NCBI GenBank assembly: GCA_038212275.1
Contig: JBBQUR010000003.1
Span: forward strand, 96,001 to 160,000
Length of the DNA stretch: 64,000 nucleotides
Reading direction: 5' to 3'
DNA from: Planctomycetota bacterium
GTDB lineage: Bacteria; Planctomycetota; B15-G4
Position numbers and translations under genes: made by a program
Part shown: positions 25,963 to 36,637 of the stretch, piece after piece
Layout of the letters: the number at the start of each line of letters is the position of its first letter
How positions within the stretch are numbered: the first letter of the stretch is position 1
Notes under the pieces: generated by a model
Database searches by the model: none
Seen by the model: the letters and a program-made list of their open reading frames with translations, nothing else
Told to the model about the DNA's origin: nothing

Positions 25963-27420
25963 TCAGCTCGCCGCGAGAATCCGCCGTGCGCCCTTCGCCA
26001 GGCTCGATTCGAAGGACGCACGCCGCACGGCGCGCGCGCGGCGGCGCTCGGAGGATTGCAGCTCGTGGCGCAGTGCGGCGGGGAGCAGGTCGGTGATCGC
26101 GTCGCACTCCACGCCGCCCTTGTGCGCGTGGTCGAAGCCGGCCAGCGCGCGGTCGTAACCCTGCTGGCCTGGCACGCGCTTGCAGCCGTGCACCAGCGCG
26201 GCGACGACCTCGGCGCGGTCCGCGAGCGTCAGCGACGGATGCGTCGCGATGCGCGCGCCCCAGTCGTCGAAGCAGGGCCCCAGCGGCAGCAGCAGATCCG
26301 GGCTGCCGCGCAGGCAACGCGCCTCGCGCAGCGGGTAGTGGCGATGTCCCTCGGACGCGAGCAACTCGCGGTAGAGCGCACCGGCCTGCAGGAAGGCGCC
26401 GCCGTAGCGGGCGTGGCCGGCGGCCGGCGCCTCGCCGCCGACGAGCGCAGGGCCGCTGCGCACGAGGTCGCCGTAGCGATCCTTCTGTGCGGCGCCGACG
26501 CGCTTGCCGCTCTTCGCGGCGAGGCCCTGCATGACGTCGCCGGCATTGTGCGTGAGGATCGCGGCGAGCTGCAGCAGCGCCAGCTCGCGCCCCGGCTTCG
26601 CCGCGCAGGCGAGAAACACGGCGGCTTCGCGCGACAGCTCCGCATCGATCTCGTGCTCGAAGCGCGCCGCGCCAGGCTCGTCGCCCGCCGCGAGCAGGCC
26701 GAGCATGCCGCCGCACAGGACGGAGAGCCGCTCTCCGTCGTGCCCGGAAACGACGTCCGGGAGGCTCGTGCCGATCGCACGCGCGTCGCTCGCGTCGGCG
26801 AAGCCTGTTCCCGTCCGTTGCGCGGTCACGACTGCGGTCGTCGACGCCGACGCACTTGCCGCGCCCGCCGCGCCCGTCGCGCCCGACACGCCCGACACGC
26901 CCGACACGCCCGACACGCCCGACACGCCCGACACGCCTGCCTCGACCCAGCGCGCGCTGATGCCGCGGATGTCCCAACCGGCCAGCGCGAGCGCGAGCTC
27001 GACCATGCGCGCCAGTTCCTCGGGAGGCTGGTCCTCGAACCAGAGCGCATGGCGGATCTTCGCGTCCACGTCGGTGGGCACGTAGCTCGCGACGGAGGCC
27101 CAGTGCGCGGCGAGGCACAGCGCGAAGTAGTCGGTGCGCGACGCGGCGTCGGGCAGCGCCGTCGCGACGAGCAGTTCCGGCCGGCGCGAGTGCGCCATGA
27201 GGATGCGCCACCAGCCCAGCGGATGCGCGCCGAGGTCCGACAGCCGCACGCCCTGAGGCACCGAGGCATCGTCCGGCAGACGGCCGGCGTCGGGATGGCT
27301 GCCGTCGAACAACCACGGCGCCGCGACATGCACCAGGCCGACGAGCGTGCGCGGCCCGATGAACCCGCCGAAAGCACCGGACGGCTCCGGCGAGGGTGCG
27401 TCGGCCGAAGGATTCGGCAC
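25963..27420 (-). CDS. Conserved-looking hypothetical protein with an internal (GVS)n insertion
   Basis: AAHWASVASYVPTDVD, SGHDGE, THNAGD, EGHRHYPLR, LPLGPCFDDWG; 9-bp repeat GCCCGACAC x6 at about 26881-26934. Start uncertain (27420 or 27528). Confidence 0.75.
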   Translation of the reverse strand: MPNPSADAPSPEPSGAFGGFIGPRTLVGLVHVAAPWLFDGSHPDAGRLPDDASVPQGVRLSDLGAHPLGWWRILMAHSRRPELLVATALPDAASRTDYFALCLAAHWASVASYVPTDVDAKIRHALWFEDQPPEELARMVELALALAGWDIRGISARWVEAGVSGVSGVSGVSGVSGVSGATGAAGAASASASTTAVVTAQRTGTGFADASDARAIGTSLPDVVSGHDGERLSVLCGGMLGLLAAGDEPGAARFEHEIDAELSREAAVFLACAAKPGRELALLQLAAILTHNAGDVMQGLAAKSGKRVGAAQKDRYGDLVRSGPALVGGEAPAAGHARYGGAFLQAGALYRELLASEGHRHYPLREARCLRGSPDLLLPLGPCFDDWGARIATHPSLTLADRAEVVAALVHGCKRVPGQQGYDRALAGFDHAHKGGVECDAITDLLPAALRHELQSSERRRARAVRRASFESSLAKGARRILAAS

Positions 27421-27560
27421 GGGCGCAACCGTCGGCGGGGGGCGAGAGGTCGGCCATCGGCTTCCGGCTGCGGGACGGTGGAGCGCCTGCGGATCTCGCT
27501 GGCGCGCGGCGGCGAGCGAGTGTGTCAAACTCCGCGCCCGTCCCGCGAGGAGTTGCCGCG

Positions 27561-29171
27561 ATGCGTCACGTGCCGAATGCCTGCCTGCTGGTTTCGCTGC
27601 TGCTCACAGCGTGCAGCGCGCCCGCCACCGACGCCGGATCTGCACATGCTGCCGGGCCCGCCGCCGACACCGCGCGCTCAGGCGCGGCCTCGGTCGGCTC
27701 CGCGCAGGCAGGCGCCGCTGCGGCGGCCGATGCGCGCGGCCCGGCAGCGGCGCGCGCCGACTTTTCCGAGAAGCCGGAGACGATCATCGTCGCGGGGCGC
27801 GTGCCGGCGGCGGACGTCGAGGCCTATCGCCCCGCCGTGACGGCGCTCATCCGCGAGGCGCTGGTGAACGGGCAGGCATACACGAAGCTGGTGTCCTTGT
27901 GCGCGACGGCGCCGCACCGTCTGTCCGGATCACCCGGCGCGGCGGCGGCCGTGGAGTGGGTGCGCAACACGCTCGTCGCGGACGGCATGGAGAACGTCAC
28001 GCTCGATCCGTGCATGGTGCGGCACTGGGTGCGCGGCGACGTCGCGGAGCTGGTCGTCGTGGCCCCGCCGGAGCTGGCCGGCGAGAGCTTTCCGATCCTC
28101 GCGCTCGGCGGCAGCGTGGCCACGGAAGAGCCGGGACTCTCCGCGGAAGTCGTCGAGGTCACGAGCTGGGAGCAGCTCGACAGGCTGGGCGGCGCCGTTG
28201 ACGGCAAGATCGTCTTCTTCAACCGGCCGATGGATGCCTCGCTGCTCTCGACGGGCGCGGCCTACGGCGGCGCGGTGGACCAGCGCGGCCGCGGAGCCAG
28301 CGCGGCCGCACGGCTGGGCGGCGTCGGCGCGATCGTGCGCTCGATGACCACGCGCCTCGACGACTTTCCGCACACCGGGGCGATGGGCTACGCCGAGGGC
28401 GTGCCGAAGGTGCCGACGGCCGCGGTCTCCACGCTCGGCGCGGAGCGACTCTCGCTCATGCTGCGCAGCGGCGCGAAGGTCTCGGTGCGCCTGCGCCTGA
28501 ACTGCGAGACGCTGCCCGACGCGCCGTCGGCGAACGTGCTCGGCGAAATCGTCGGCAGCGAGCTGCCCGACGAGGTCGTCGTCATCGGCGGGCATCTCGA
28601 CTGCTGGGATGTCGGGCAGGGCGCGCACGACGACGGCGGCGGCGTGTGCCAGTCGCTCGAGGCGCTGCGCCTCATCAAGGCCACCGGCATGAAGCCGCGG
28701 CGCACGATCCGCGCCGTGGCCTTCATGAACGAGGAAAACGGCGGGCGCGGCGCGGAGGCCTACTACGAGCATCACCTGCCGGCAATGGACAAGCACGTGC
28801 TGGCGATCGAGACCGACGGAGGTTCGTTCACGCCGCGCGGTTTCTCCGCCAGCGCGCAGGGCGAGTCCTTCGAGCGCCTCGCGGACATCGCCGCGCTGCT
28901 CAGCGAGACCGGCATCACGTGGTTGCGCCCGGGGAGCGGCGGCGCGGACGTGGATCCGATGCGCGCCAGCGGCGTCACCGTGATGGGCTACAGCTGCGAC
29001 GGCCAGCGCTACTTCGACCTGCACCACAGCAACCGCGACACCATCGACGCCGTCAGCCCGCGCGAGATCAACCTGAGCGCCGCCTGCCTCGCCGCCATGG
29101 CCTACGTCGTCGCCGACATGGAGGCACCCCTGCCCCGCACGCCGCCCCCCGCACCCGCCACGGATGACTGA
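27561..29171 (+). CDS. M28 family metallopeptidase (carboxypeptidase Q-like, PA domain), lipoprotein
   Basis: LTAC lipobox; RLSGS, GGHLDCWDVGQGAHDDGGG, NEENG, ETDGG, YFDLHHSNRDT. Confidence 0.92.
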   Translation: MRHVPNACLLVSLLLTACSAPATDAGSAHAAGPAADTARSGAASVGSAQAGAAAAADARGPAAARADFSEKPETIIVAGRVPAADVEAYRPAVTALIREALVNGQAYTKLVSLCATAPHRLSGSPGAAAAVEWVRNTLVADGMENVTLDPCMVRHWVRGDVAELVVVAPPELAGESFPILALGGSVATEEPGLSAEVVEVTSWEQLDRLGGAVDGKIVFFNRPMDASLLSTGAAYGGAVDQRGRGASAAARLGGVGAIVRSMTTRLDDFPHTGAMGYAEGVPKVPTAAVSTLGAERLSLMLRSGAKVSVRLRLNCETLPDAPSANVLGEIVGSELPDEVVVIGGHLDCWDVGQGAHDDGGGVCQSLEALRLIKATGMKPRRTIRAVAFMNEENGGRGAEAYYEHHLPAMDKHVLAIETDGGSFTPRGFSASAQGESFERLADIAALLSETGITWLRPGSGGADVDPMRASGVTVMGYSCDGQRYFDLHHSNRDTIDAVSPREINLSAACLAAMAYVVADMEAPLPRTPPPAPATDD

Positions 29172-29264
29172 CCGCGCCGCCCGCCCGCGCCCGTGCCCGC
29201 GCCCGCGCCCGGCCGCGACCGATGGGCCCGCTTGCGACGGATGGCGACCCTCATGCCGCGGGAT

Positions 29265-29297
29265 GTGTGATGTAGAGGCACTGCCTCAACATCACAC
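29265..29297. promoter_or_regulatory. 33-bp near-perfect palindrome GTGTGATGTAGAGGCA-C-TGCCTCAACATCACAC
   Basis: 16-bp arms, one mismatch, 1-nt centre, intergenic. Function not established. Confidence 0.6.
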
Positions 29298-29345
29298 GAG
29301 TGACGCGAGTCGCACGCGCGCTTCGGTCCGACCTCCGCCCGATGC

Positions 29346-29383
29346 GGCCGAACGTGGCCGAACGTGGCCGAACGTGGCCGAAC
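29346..29383. repeat. 10-bp tandem repeat (GGCCGAACGT) x ~3.8
   Basis: Direct reading; followed by TTCGGCC copies in the opposite orientation at about 29393-29412. Confidence 0.9.
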
Positions 29384-29522
29384 ACGACCAAATTCGGCCG
29401 GATTCGGCCGAACTGGGCCTCCCACGTGGGCTCGACACGAAGGAAGCGCCGGGGCTTCGGTTAGACTCATGTCTTCGCATTCACAGTCGCGGCGGTCCGC
29501 TGCCGAAGAAGTCGAGGTGAAG

Positions 29523-30146
29523 ATGAAGCGCCTCCCGTCCCTGCCGACCCTGCTGCTCGCCCTGGTGGCGGGCGCCGGTGCCCTTGGCTGTTCGGGCATG
29601 AGCGACTTCCTGTCGGGCTCCGGCTCGTCGACGCCGCCGGTCGCGCAGTCTCCGGCCGAGCGGCCGGCTTCGGCGCGCGCCGACATCCTCGCCTCCGATG
29701 CCTCCGCGCAGCAGCTGGAGGATCTGACGACCGCGCTCGCACGCTTGAACGCGACGCAGGCCCAGTTGCAAGTGACCTTGCAGGACCTGCAGGCGAGTGC
29801 GGCGACGCAGGCCGAGGCCGCGCGGCTTTCCACGATGGAGATCCAGGTGGCGCGGCGTGAGGCCGTGCTTGCGATGGTCGTGGCCGTCACGCTCAGCGTC
29901 GTCGTGCTGCTGCTCGCGGCCATCCTCATCGGTCAGCGCGTGCAGATGAAGCGCGCGGCGCGGGCGCTGGCCCGGGCCGAAGCCGGGGCCGACACTTCGC
30001 CGGATTCCTCCTCGACGCAGGCCGCACACGTCCACGCGAAGGATGGCCAGGAAGGCAAGGACGGCAAGGACGGCATGACCGCCCCGCGCCGTCAGCCCGA
30101 CGGCAGCAATGTCGCGCGGCTGCGCAAGCGCCCCCCGGTGGGTTAG
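29523..30146 (+). CDS. Hypothetical lipoprotein with coiled coil and a C-proximal TM helix
   Basis: ALGC lipobox; heptad-like [25 protein letters not shown]; hydrophobic [23 protein letters not shown]. Confidence 0.7.
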   Translation: MKRLPSLPTLLLALVAGAGALGCSGMSDFLSGSGSSTPPVAQSPAERPASARADILASDASAQQLEDLTTALARLNATQAQLQVTLQDLQASAATQAEAARLSTMEIQVARREAVLAMVVAVTLSVVVLLLAAILIGQRVQMKRAARALARAEAGADTSPDSSSTQAAHVHAKDGQEGKDGKDGMTAPRRQPDGSNVARLRKRPPVG

Positions 30147-30156
30147 TCTCCGGCGC

Positions 30157-31464
30157 ATGACGCGCCGACGACCCGCCCGTTCTTCACGCCCTGCCTCGCG
30201 CGCCTCGCGCGCCTCCCGCGTCTCGCGCGACGCTTTCGATCCCACGCCCGCGGATCGCTTCAGCTTCGGCCTGTGGACCGTCGGCAATCCGGGGCGCGAC
30301 CCGTTCGGCCTGCCGACGCGGCCTGTGCAGGATCCGTGCGCGCTCGTTGCGGGCCTCGCGGCGTGCGGCGCCTGGGGCGTCAACCTGCACGACAATGACC
30401 TGTTGCCGTTCGGGGTCGGCGCCGCCGAGCGCGAGCGCATCCTGCGCGAGTTCAAGGCCGCGCTGCGCGAGCACGGCCTCGTCGTGCCGATGGCCACCAC
30501 CAACCTCTTCGGGCACCCGGTCTTCAAGGACGGCGCCTTCACGAGCAACGACCCGTCGGTGCGCGCCTTCGCGCTGCGCAAGACGATGGACGCGCTGGAC
30601 CTCGGCGCGGAACTGGGCGCGAAGCTCTTCGTCTTCTGGGGCGGGCGAGAAGGCAGCGAGGCCGATGCCTGTCGCGACCCGCGCGCCGCGCTGGGACGCC
30701 TGCGCGATGCGGTCGACTTCCTGTGCGCCTACGCGACCGAGCAGCGCTACGGCATGCGCTTCGCGCTCGAGGCCAAGCCCAACGAGCCGCGCGCGGACAT
30801 CTACCTGCCCACGACGGGCCACATGCTGCACTTCATCTCCACGCTCGCGAAGCCGGAGATGGTCGGCGTCAACCCCGAGGTCGCGCACGAGACCATGGCC
30901 GGGCTGTCCTTCGCGCATGGCGTCGCGCAGGCGATGGAAGCCGGCAAGCTCTTTCACATCGACCTCAACGCGCAGAAGATCGGGCGCTACGACCAGGACC
31001 TGCGCTTCGGCAGCGAGGACCTCAAGGGCGCCTTCCTGCTGGTGCGGCTGCTCGAAGGCACGGCCAGCGTGCACGTCGGCAAGGCCGAGCGCGCGCGAGC
31101 CGCCTCGCGCGGCGCCTATCTCCGCTACGACGGCCCGCGGCATTTCGACGCCCACGCCTACCGCAGCGAGGACATGGACGGCGTGTGGGACTTCGCCCGC
31201 GGCTGCATGCGCACCTACAAGCTGCTGGCCGCACGCGCGACCGCCTTCGATGCCGATCCCGAGGTCAAGGAGCTCATCGCGAACGCGGGCGCCGCCGACG
31301 CGCGCATCGCCTCGTCGACCGAGGAACTGCTGCACGGCTTCACGCGCCGCAAGGCCTCGGCCCTGCGCGCGCTGCCGCTGGACCCCGACGCCCTCGCCGC
31401 GCGCGGCCTGCGCTACGAGCGCCTCGACCAGCTCCTCACCGAGCACCTCCTCGGCGCGCGATGA
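30157..31464 (+). CDS. xylA: Xylose isomerase (short class I, Streptomyces/Thermus-like)
   Basis: [56 protein letters not shown]. Confidence 0.95.
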   Translation: MTRRRPARSSRPASRASRASRVSRDAFDPTPADRFSFGLWTVGNPGRDPFGLPTRPVQDPCALVAGLAACGAWGVNLHDNDLLPFGVGAAERERILREFKAALREHGLVVPMATTNLFGHPVFKDGAFTSNDPSVRAFALRKTMDALDLGAELGAKLFVFWGGREGSEADACRDPRAALGRLRDAVDFLCAYATEQRYGMRFALEAKPNEPRADIYLPTTGHMLHFISTLAKPEMVGVNPEVAHETMAGLSFAHGVAQAMEAGKLFHIDLNAQKIGRYDQDLRFGSEDLKGAFLLVRLLEGTASVHVGKAERARAASRGAYLRYDGPRHFDAHAYRSEDMDGVWDFARGCMRTYKLLAARATAFDADPEVKELIANAGAADARIASSTEELLHGFTRRKASALRALPLDPDALAARGLRYERLDQLLTEHLLGAR

Positions 31465-32987
31465 CGCCGCTGTATCTCGGCCTCGATGTCGGAACGCAGG
31501 GCACCAAGGCGCTGCTCGTCGAGGGCGAGAGCGGCGCTGTGATCGCGCGGGCGGGCGTGGCGACGGCGCTCATCGAGGGCCTGCCGTCGGGCGCGGCGGA
31601 GCAGCATCCCGAGACCTGGGTGTCCGCCGTGCACGAGGCGACGGCGGACGTGCTCGCCGCGGCCGCGCGCAGCCTCGGCCTGTCGGTCGCTGCCATCGCG
31701 GCGCGCGTCGCAGGCGTCGGAGTGTCGGGCCAACAGCACGGGCTCGTGGTGCTCGACGAACACGGCGCCGTGCTGCGCGCGGCGAAGCTGTGGTGCGATA
31801 CATCCACTGCGCCCGAGGCAGCGGAATTGGCGGCGGCGCTCGGGCGGCCGGTGCCGACGGGCTTCACGGCGAGCAAGCTCCTGTGGCTCGCCCGGCACGA
31901 GCCGGCGACGTGGGCTCGCGTGCGCCGCGTCCTGCTGCCGCACGACTACCTCAACTTCGTCCTCACCGGCCGCGCGACGATGGAGGCCGGCGACGCCTCG
32001 GGCACCGGCTGGTTCGATCCGGTGGCACGGACCTGGGACGCCGCCACGCTGTCTGCACTGGATGCGCTCACGACCTCGGCGCTCCCGCGCGGCGCCGGCG
32101 CGTCGCGCCTCTCCGAGTTGCTCCCGCCGCTGCTCGCGCCCGGAGAGCCGGCCGGCGCGCTCTCCGCGGCCGGCGCGGCGCTGCTCGGCCTGCGCGCGGG
32201 CATTCCCGTCGCGGCCGGGGGCGGCGACAACATGTGCGCGGCGGTGGGCAGCGGGGCGACCTCGCCCGGCGCGATGGTGGTGAGCCTCGGCACGTCGGGC
32301 ACGCTCTTCGCGTACAGCGCCAGGCCGATGGTGGATCCGGCGGGCCTCATCGCGCCCTTCTGCGACAGCACCGGCGGCTGGCTGCCGCTGCTTTGCGTCA
32401 TGAACTGCACCGGTGTCGCGGAGGAGATCGTCGCGCTGACGGGCAGGTCGCACGAGGAACTCACCGCGCTTGCGACGGCCGTGCCCGCCGGTTGCGACGG
32501 AGCGCTCATGCTTCCCTACCTGCAGGGCGAGCGCGTGCCGGACCTGCCGCACGCGCGCGGCAGCCTGCACGGCCTGCGCCCCGGCATGGCGACGCCGGGC
32601 CTGCTGTATCGCGCTGCGCTCGAGGGCGTGGCGCTGAATCTTGCCTGGGGTGCTGCGCGGCTGGCCGTGCTGGGACTCCCGGCGCGCAGCGTCGCGGTGG
32701 TCGGCGGCGGCGCGCGCAATGCGCTGTGGCGGCAGATCCTCGCCGACGCGCTCGGTGTGCCGGTGACGCCGCTCGCCGAGCCCGAGGCGGCGGCGCTGGG
32801 CGCGGCGCTCCTCGTCCAGTGGACCGTCAGCCGGCTGGACGGCCGCGAGCAGAGCCCCGACGCGCTGGCCCGGCGCAGCGTCCGTGCCGGCGGTCCGGCC
32901 AGCCTTCCCGACGCCGCCCGCGTCGAAAGCTGCGGGGAGGCGCTCCTCCGCTTCCGCGCACTGGTCGAACGCCTGCACGGCAGCTGA
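31461..32987 (+). CDS. xylB: Xylulokinase
   Basis: [51 protein letters not shown] overlap with xylA. Confidence 0.93.
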   Translation: MTPLYLGLDVGTQGTKALLVEGESGAVIARAGVATALIEGLPSGAAEQHPETWVSAVHEATADVLAAAARSLGLSVAAIAARVAGVGVSGQQHGLVVLDEHGAVLRAAKLWCDTSTAPEAAELAAALGRPVPTGFTASKLLWLARHEPATWARVRRVLLPHDYLNFVLTGRATMEAGDASGTGWFDPVARTWDAATLSALDALTTSALPRGAGASRLSELLPPLLAPGEPAGALSAAGAALLGLRAGIPVAAGGGDNMCAAVGSGATSPGAMVVSLGTSGTLFAYSARPMVDPAGLIAPFCDSTGGWLPLLCVMNCTGVAEEIVALTGRSHEELTALATAVPAGCDGALMLPYLQGERVPDLPHARGSLHGLRPGMATPGLLYRAALEGVALNLAWGAARLAVLGLPARSVAVVGGGARNALWRQILADALGVPVTPLAEPEAAALGAALLVQWTVSRLDGREQSPDALARRSVRAGGPASLPDAARVESCGEALLRFRALVERLHGS

Positions 32988-32994
32988 GCCCGCC

Positions 32995-33095
32995 GGCGAC
33001 GATCGGCGTGCAGTCGACGATCGGCGTGCCGGCGGCGAGCGGCGTGCCGGCGACGAGCGGCGTGCCGGCGACGATCGGCGTGCCGGCGACGAGCG
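32995..33095. repeat. Degenerate 18-bp tandem repeat (GGCGACGA[T/G]CGGCGTGCC) x ~5.5, intergenic
   Basis: Direct reading; no unique spacers. Confidence 0.85.
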
Positions 33096-33244
33096 AGAGC
33101 CCCGGTCGCGAGCGACACGCCGGCGCCGCACGTGGCGCGCGGGAACCTGCTAAGACTTCTGAAACCGCCAGCGGCCGGACACCCGTGGTGAAAACCGCCG
33201 CGGCTTCCTGCTAACGTCGCTCGCATCCTGAAGGAGGCGCTGCC

Positions 33245-33847
33245 TTGCCCACTGCCATCATCGTGCTCATCGTCGTCGGCGGCCTGGCGCTGCTGCTCGT
33301 GCTGTGGGTGGTCGGCATCTTCAACCGCCTCGTCACGCTGAAGAACCGTTTCGAGAACGCCTTCGCGCAGATCGAGGTGCAGCTCAAGCGGCGCTACGAT
33401 CTCATCCCCAACCTGGTCGAGGTGGCCAAGGGCTACATGAAGCACGAGCGCGAGACGCTCGAGGCGGTCATCACGGCTCGCAACCGCGCGGTCACCGGGC
33501 TGCAGGCCGCGGCGCGCTCGCCGGGCGATGCGAGCGCGATGGCCGGGCTGGCCGGCGCCGAGCAGGCACTGACCGGCGCGGTCGGCAAGCTCTTCGCGCT
33601 GGCCGAGTCCTACCCGGACCTCAAGGCCAACCAGAACATGATGTCGCTGCAGGAGGAGCTGACCTCCACCGAGAACAAGGTCGCGTTCGCACGGCAGGCC
33701 TACAACGATTCGGCGACGGTCTACAACATCTACAAGCAGACCTTCCCGCCGGTCGTGTTTGCCGGCATGTTCGGTCACGGCCAGAACGCGGCGCTGCTGG
33801 AGTTCGACAGCAAGGCCATCGCGCAGCCGCCGAAGGTCGCCTTCTGA
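33245..33847 (+). CDS. lemA: LemA family protein
   Basis: QIEVQLKRRYDLIPNLVEVAKGYMKHERETL, AESYPDLKAN, TENKVAFARQAYND; AAGGAGG SD, TTG start. Confidence 0.95.
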   Translation: MPTAIIVLIVVGGLALLLVLWVVGIFNRLVTLKNRFENAFAQIEVQLKRRYDLIPNLVEVAKGYMKHERETLEAVITARNRAVTGLQAAARSPGDASAMAGLAGAEQALTGAVGKLFALAESYPDLKANQNMMSLQEELTSTENKVAFARQAYNDSATVYNIYKQTFPPVVFAGMFGHGQNAALLEFDSKAIAQPPKVAF

Positions 33848-33947
33848 TCGGCGCGACGTGCGCGCGGCGCGGCGCGCGGAGTTCGTGCCGGGCGGCACCC
33901 CGCGTGTCCGCAGCGCGGATGAGCCCTCTGCGGGGGCCTGACCTCTG

Positions 33948-36107
33948 ATGGACTTCTTCGAGACGCAGGACGTCGCGCGCAAGCACACCGGGCGACTGGT
34001 CGTGCTCTTCGTGCTCGCGGTGCTCGGCATCATCGTGAGCACGTACCTGCTCGTGGCCGGCGTGGTCATAGCCAGCGGGCACGAGCAGAGCGCCGGGCAC
34101 CTGACGGATCCCGGGCTGCTGCTGCTGATCGGCGGCGCCACGATCCTCGTCGTCGGCGGCGGCAGCCTTTACAAGCTCAACCAGCTGCGCGGCGGCGGGC
34201 GCGTCATTGCGGAGGAGCTCGGCGGACGGCTGCTCGTCTCCGCCGGGGCGGACTGGAAGGCCCGGCGCCTGCTCAACGTGGTGGACGAGATGGCCATCGC
34301 CTCGGGCATCCCGGCGCCGGCCGTCTACCTGCTGGATGCGGAGCGCGGCATCAACGCCTTCGCGGCCGGCTTCACGCCGGCGGACGCGGTCATCGGCGTC
34401 ACGCAGGGCTGCCTCGACCGGCTCAACCGCGAGCAGCTGCAGGGCGTCATCGGCCACGAGTTCAGCCACATCCTCAACGGGGACATGCGCCTCTCGCTGC
34501 GGCTCATCGGCGTGCTGCACGGCATCCTGCTCATCGGGCTGCTCGGTTACGGCGTGCTGCGCATGCTGGGGCATTCGGGCGGCATGCGTGTGGGCGGCTC
34601 GCGCCGGAGCGGCAAGAGCAACGACAAGGGCGGCGGCATCGCGGCGGTGTTCGCCATCGCCATCGGGCTCATCGTCATCGGCTTCGTGGGTGTGTTCTTC
34701 GGCAACCTCATCAAGGCCGCGGTCAGCCGGCAGCGCGAGTATCTGGCCGATGCCTCCGGCGTGCAGTTCACCCGCAACCCGGATGGCCTTGCCGGCGCGC
34801 TGAAGACGATCGGTGCGGTGCCCGGCGGCAGCAAGCTCGTCGCGGCCAAGGCCGCCGAGGCGAGCCACATGTACTTCGCGAAGGGCCTTTCCTCCGGCCT
34901 CCAGTCGATGTTCGCGACGCACCCGCCGCTGGCCGCGCGCATCCAGCGCCTCGATCCCTCATGGGACGGCGCCTTTCCCGAGCTGCCCGAAGAGCCGTCA
35001 GACGCCGACGTCGCGGACGACGTGGACACGCCGGTCGCGCGTTCTGGCCGCGGCGTCGGGAGCGGTCGCGCCGGTGTCGCCGGTGACGCCGGTGACGCCG
35101 GTTTCGCGGCGCTGGCGGGCGCAGACCTTGCGGCCCAGAGCCGTGCGCGGGGAGCCGCGACGCCTGCCGCAACCGCTTCACCCGAGGTCTGGCGCTTGGA
35201 CAGCGGCGCGGCCGGCCACCGGGCGGTCGAGCGCGCGGGCCGTCCGACGCCGGCGCACGTGGAGCTGGCCGCGGCGCTCATCGACAGCCTGCCCGAGGTG
35301 CTGCGCACGGCTGCGCGCGAACCGTGGGGGGCGCGCGCCGTGGTCTTGGCCTTGCTCGTGCACCGCGACGGCGCGCCGCGGAGCGCCCAGCTCCGGCGGC
35401 TCGCGGCACTGGCGGACCCGGGGCTCGCGGAGTTCACCGAGCAGATCCTGCCGCAGGTCGAACGCCTGCCGCCCTCCACGCGACTGCCGCTGGTGGATCT
35501 CGCCATCCCGGCGCTGCGTGCGCTCTCGCCCGCGCAGCACGACGAGTTCATCGCCACGCTCGACGACCTCTTCGCGGCCGACGGGTCGATCGACCTGTTC
35601 GAGTGGTCGCTGTCGCGCATCCTGCGCCGGCACCTGGCGTCGTCGCGCCATCGCGTGGCGCCGCCGCGCCTGAGCGGGCGGACCCTGGCGGATCTGCGCA
35701 CGGAGATCTCGGTGCTGCTCTCGGCGCTCGCCCGCGCCGGTGCAGCGGATGAGTTCACGCCGGGGCCCGCGGCAGGCAGCGACCGCTCGGCGAAGGCCGG
35801 AGCGACGTCCGCCCAGTCGTCGGAGGCTGCCGCCGGCCAGGCCCTGAAGCGCGCGGCGGCCGCCTTGTCGATGCCCGAGATCAAGCTGCTGCCCGAAGCC
35901 GAATGCGGCACGGCGGCGCTCGATGCGGCTCTCGATGCACTGTCCGCACTGCACCCGCTGCGCAAGCGCGAGTTGCTCACGGCCTGCGCGGAGTGCGTGG
36001 CCGCCGATGGCGAGGTGCGCATCAGCGAAGCGGAACTCGTGCGCGCTTTCGCCGACGGCTTCGGCGTGCCGATGCCGCCCTTGCTGGGCGGCTCGCCGCA
36101 GAACTGA
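33948..36107 (+). CDS. M48 family (HtpX-like) membrane metalloprotease, long form
   Basis: INAFAAG, GHEFSHILNGD, SRQREYLADAS, THPPLAARI; follows lemA. Confidence 0.92.
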   Translation: MDFFETQDVARKHTGRLVVLFVLAVLGIIVSTYLLVAGVVIASGHEQSAGHLTDPGLLLLIGGATILVVGGGSLYKLNQLRGGGRVIAEELGGRLLVSAGADWKARRLLNVVDEMAIASGIPAPAVYLLDAERGINAFAAGFTPADAVIGVTQGCLDRLNREQLQGVIGHEFSHILNGDMRLSLRLIGVLHGILLIGLLGYGVLRMLGHSGGMRVGGSRRSGKSNDKGGGIAAVFAIAIGLIVIGFVGVFFGNLIKAAVSRQREYLADASGVQFTRNPDGLAGALKTIGAVPGGSKLVAAKAAEASHMYFAKGLSSGLQSMFATHPPLAARIQRLDPSWDGAFPELPEEPSDADVADDVDTPVARSGRGVGSGRAGVAGDAGDAGFAALAGADLAAQSRARGAATPAATASPEVWRLDSGAAGHRAVERAGRPTPAHVELAAALIDSLPEVLRTAAREPWGARAVVLALLVHRDGAPRSAQLRRLAALADPGLAEFTEQILPQVERLPPSTRLPLVDLAIPALRALSPAQHDEFIATLDDLFAADGSIDLFEWSLSRILRRHLASSRHRVAPPRLSGRTLADLRTEISVLLSALARAGAADEFTPGPAAGSDRSAKAGATSAQSSEAAAGQALKRAAAALSMPEIKLLPEAECGTAALDAALDALSALHPLRKRELLTACAECVAADGEVRISEAELVRAFADGFGVPMPPLLGGSPQN

Positions 36108-36144
36108 GTCGCGCGGCGCGCGGCTCGGCTTGGCTCAACTCAGC

Positions 36145-36555
36145 TCAGCGCGTCGACTTTTTGAGCGCGCTCTTGCTGGTGAGGAAGAAGCGGCCGATGG
36201 CGGCCTCGAAGGTCGCGCCGCCCTCGACCTGCATGCGATAGCTGCCTTCCATCGTGCCCCACGCGGTGGTGAGCGGGCAGGCGCTTTCGTATTCGAAACT
36301 CTGGCCCGGCGCGAGGTCGGGCGTCTCGCCGACGACGCCGGGTCCCTTGACCTCCTCGCGCGAGTTGTCGGCGTCGAGAATGATCCAGTGGCGCGAGAGC
36401 AGCTTGGCTCGGCGCGTGCCCTCGTTCTTGATCACGATGCGATACGCGAAAAGGTACTGGCTGCGATCGGGGTCGGACTGGTCGGCCACGAAGCGCGCGG
36501 ACGCCTGGACGCGGATGCCATCGGTCACGGTGTCGGAATCAGGTGATTGCGTCAT
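36145..36555 (-). CDS. apaG: ApaG domain protein
   Basis: YLFAYRIVI, LLSRHWII, GPGVVGE, FEYESACPLTTAWGTMEGSY. Confidence 0.95.
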   Translation of the reverse strand: MTQSPDSDTVTDGIRVQASARFVADQSDPDRSQYLFAYRIVIKNEGTRRAKLLSRHWIILDADNSREEVKGPGVVGETPDLAPGQSFEYESACPLTTAWGTMEGSYRMQVEGGATFEAAIGRFFLTSKSALKKSTR

Positions 36556-36637
36556 GGCAGCAAGCCTACCGATTCCAGCCGGTTTCGTCCGCAGTCAGTC
36601 CGGGATCGCGGGCTGCGGCGGCGCGCCGTCGTCAGCC

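Noticed and set aside
32995..33095. Repeat array as a possible CRISPR
   Set aside because: Contiguous 18-bp units with no unique spacers and no cas genes; the same applies to the 8-, 10- and 12-bp arrays elsewhere.
33245..36107. lemA-htpX-like pair as a novel system
   Set aside because: A well-known conserved gene pair.
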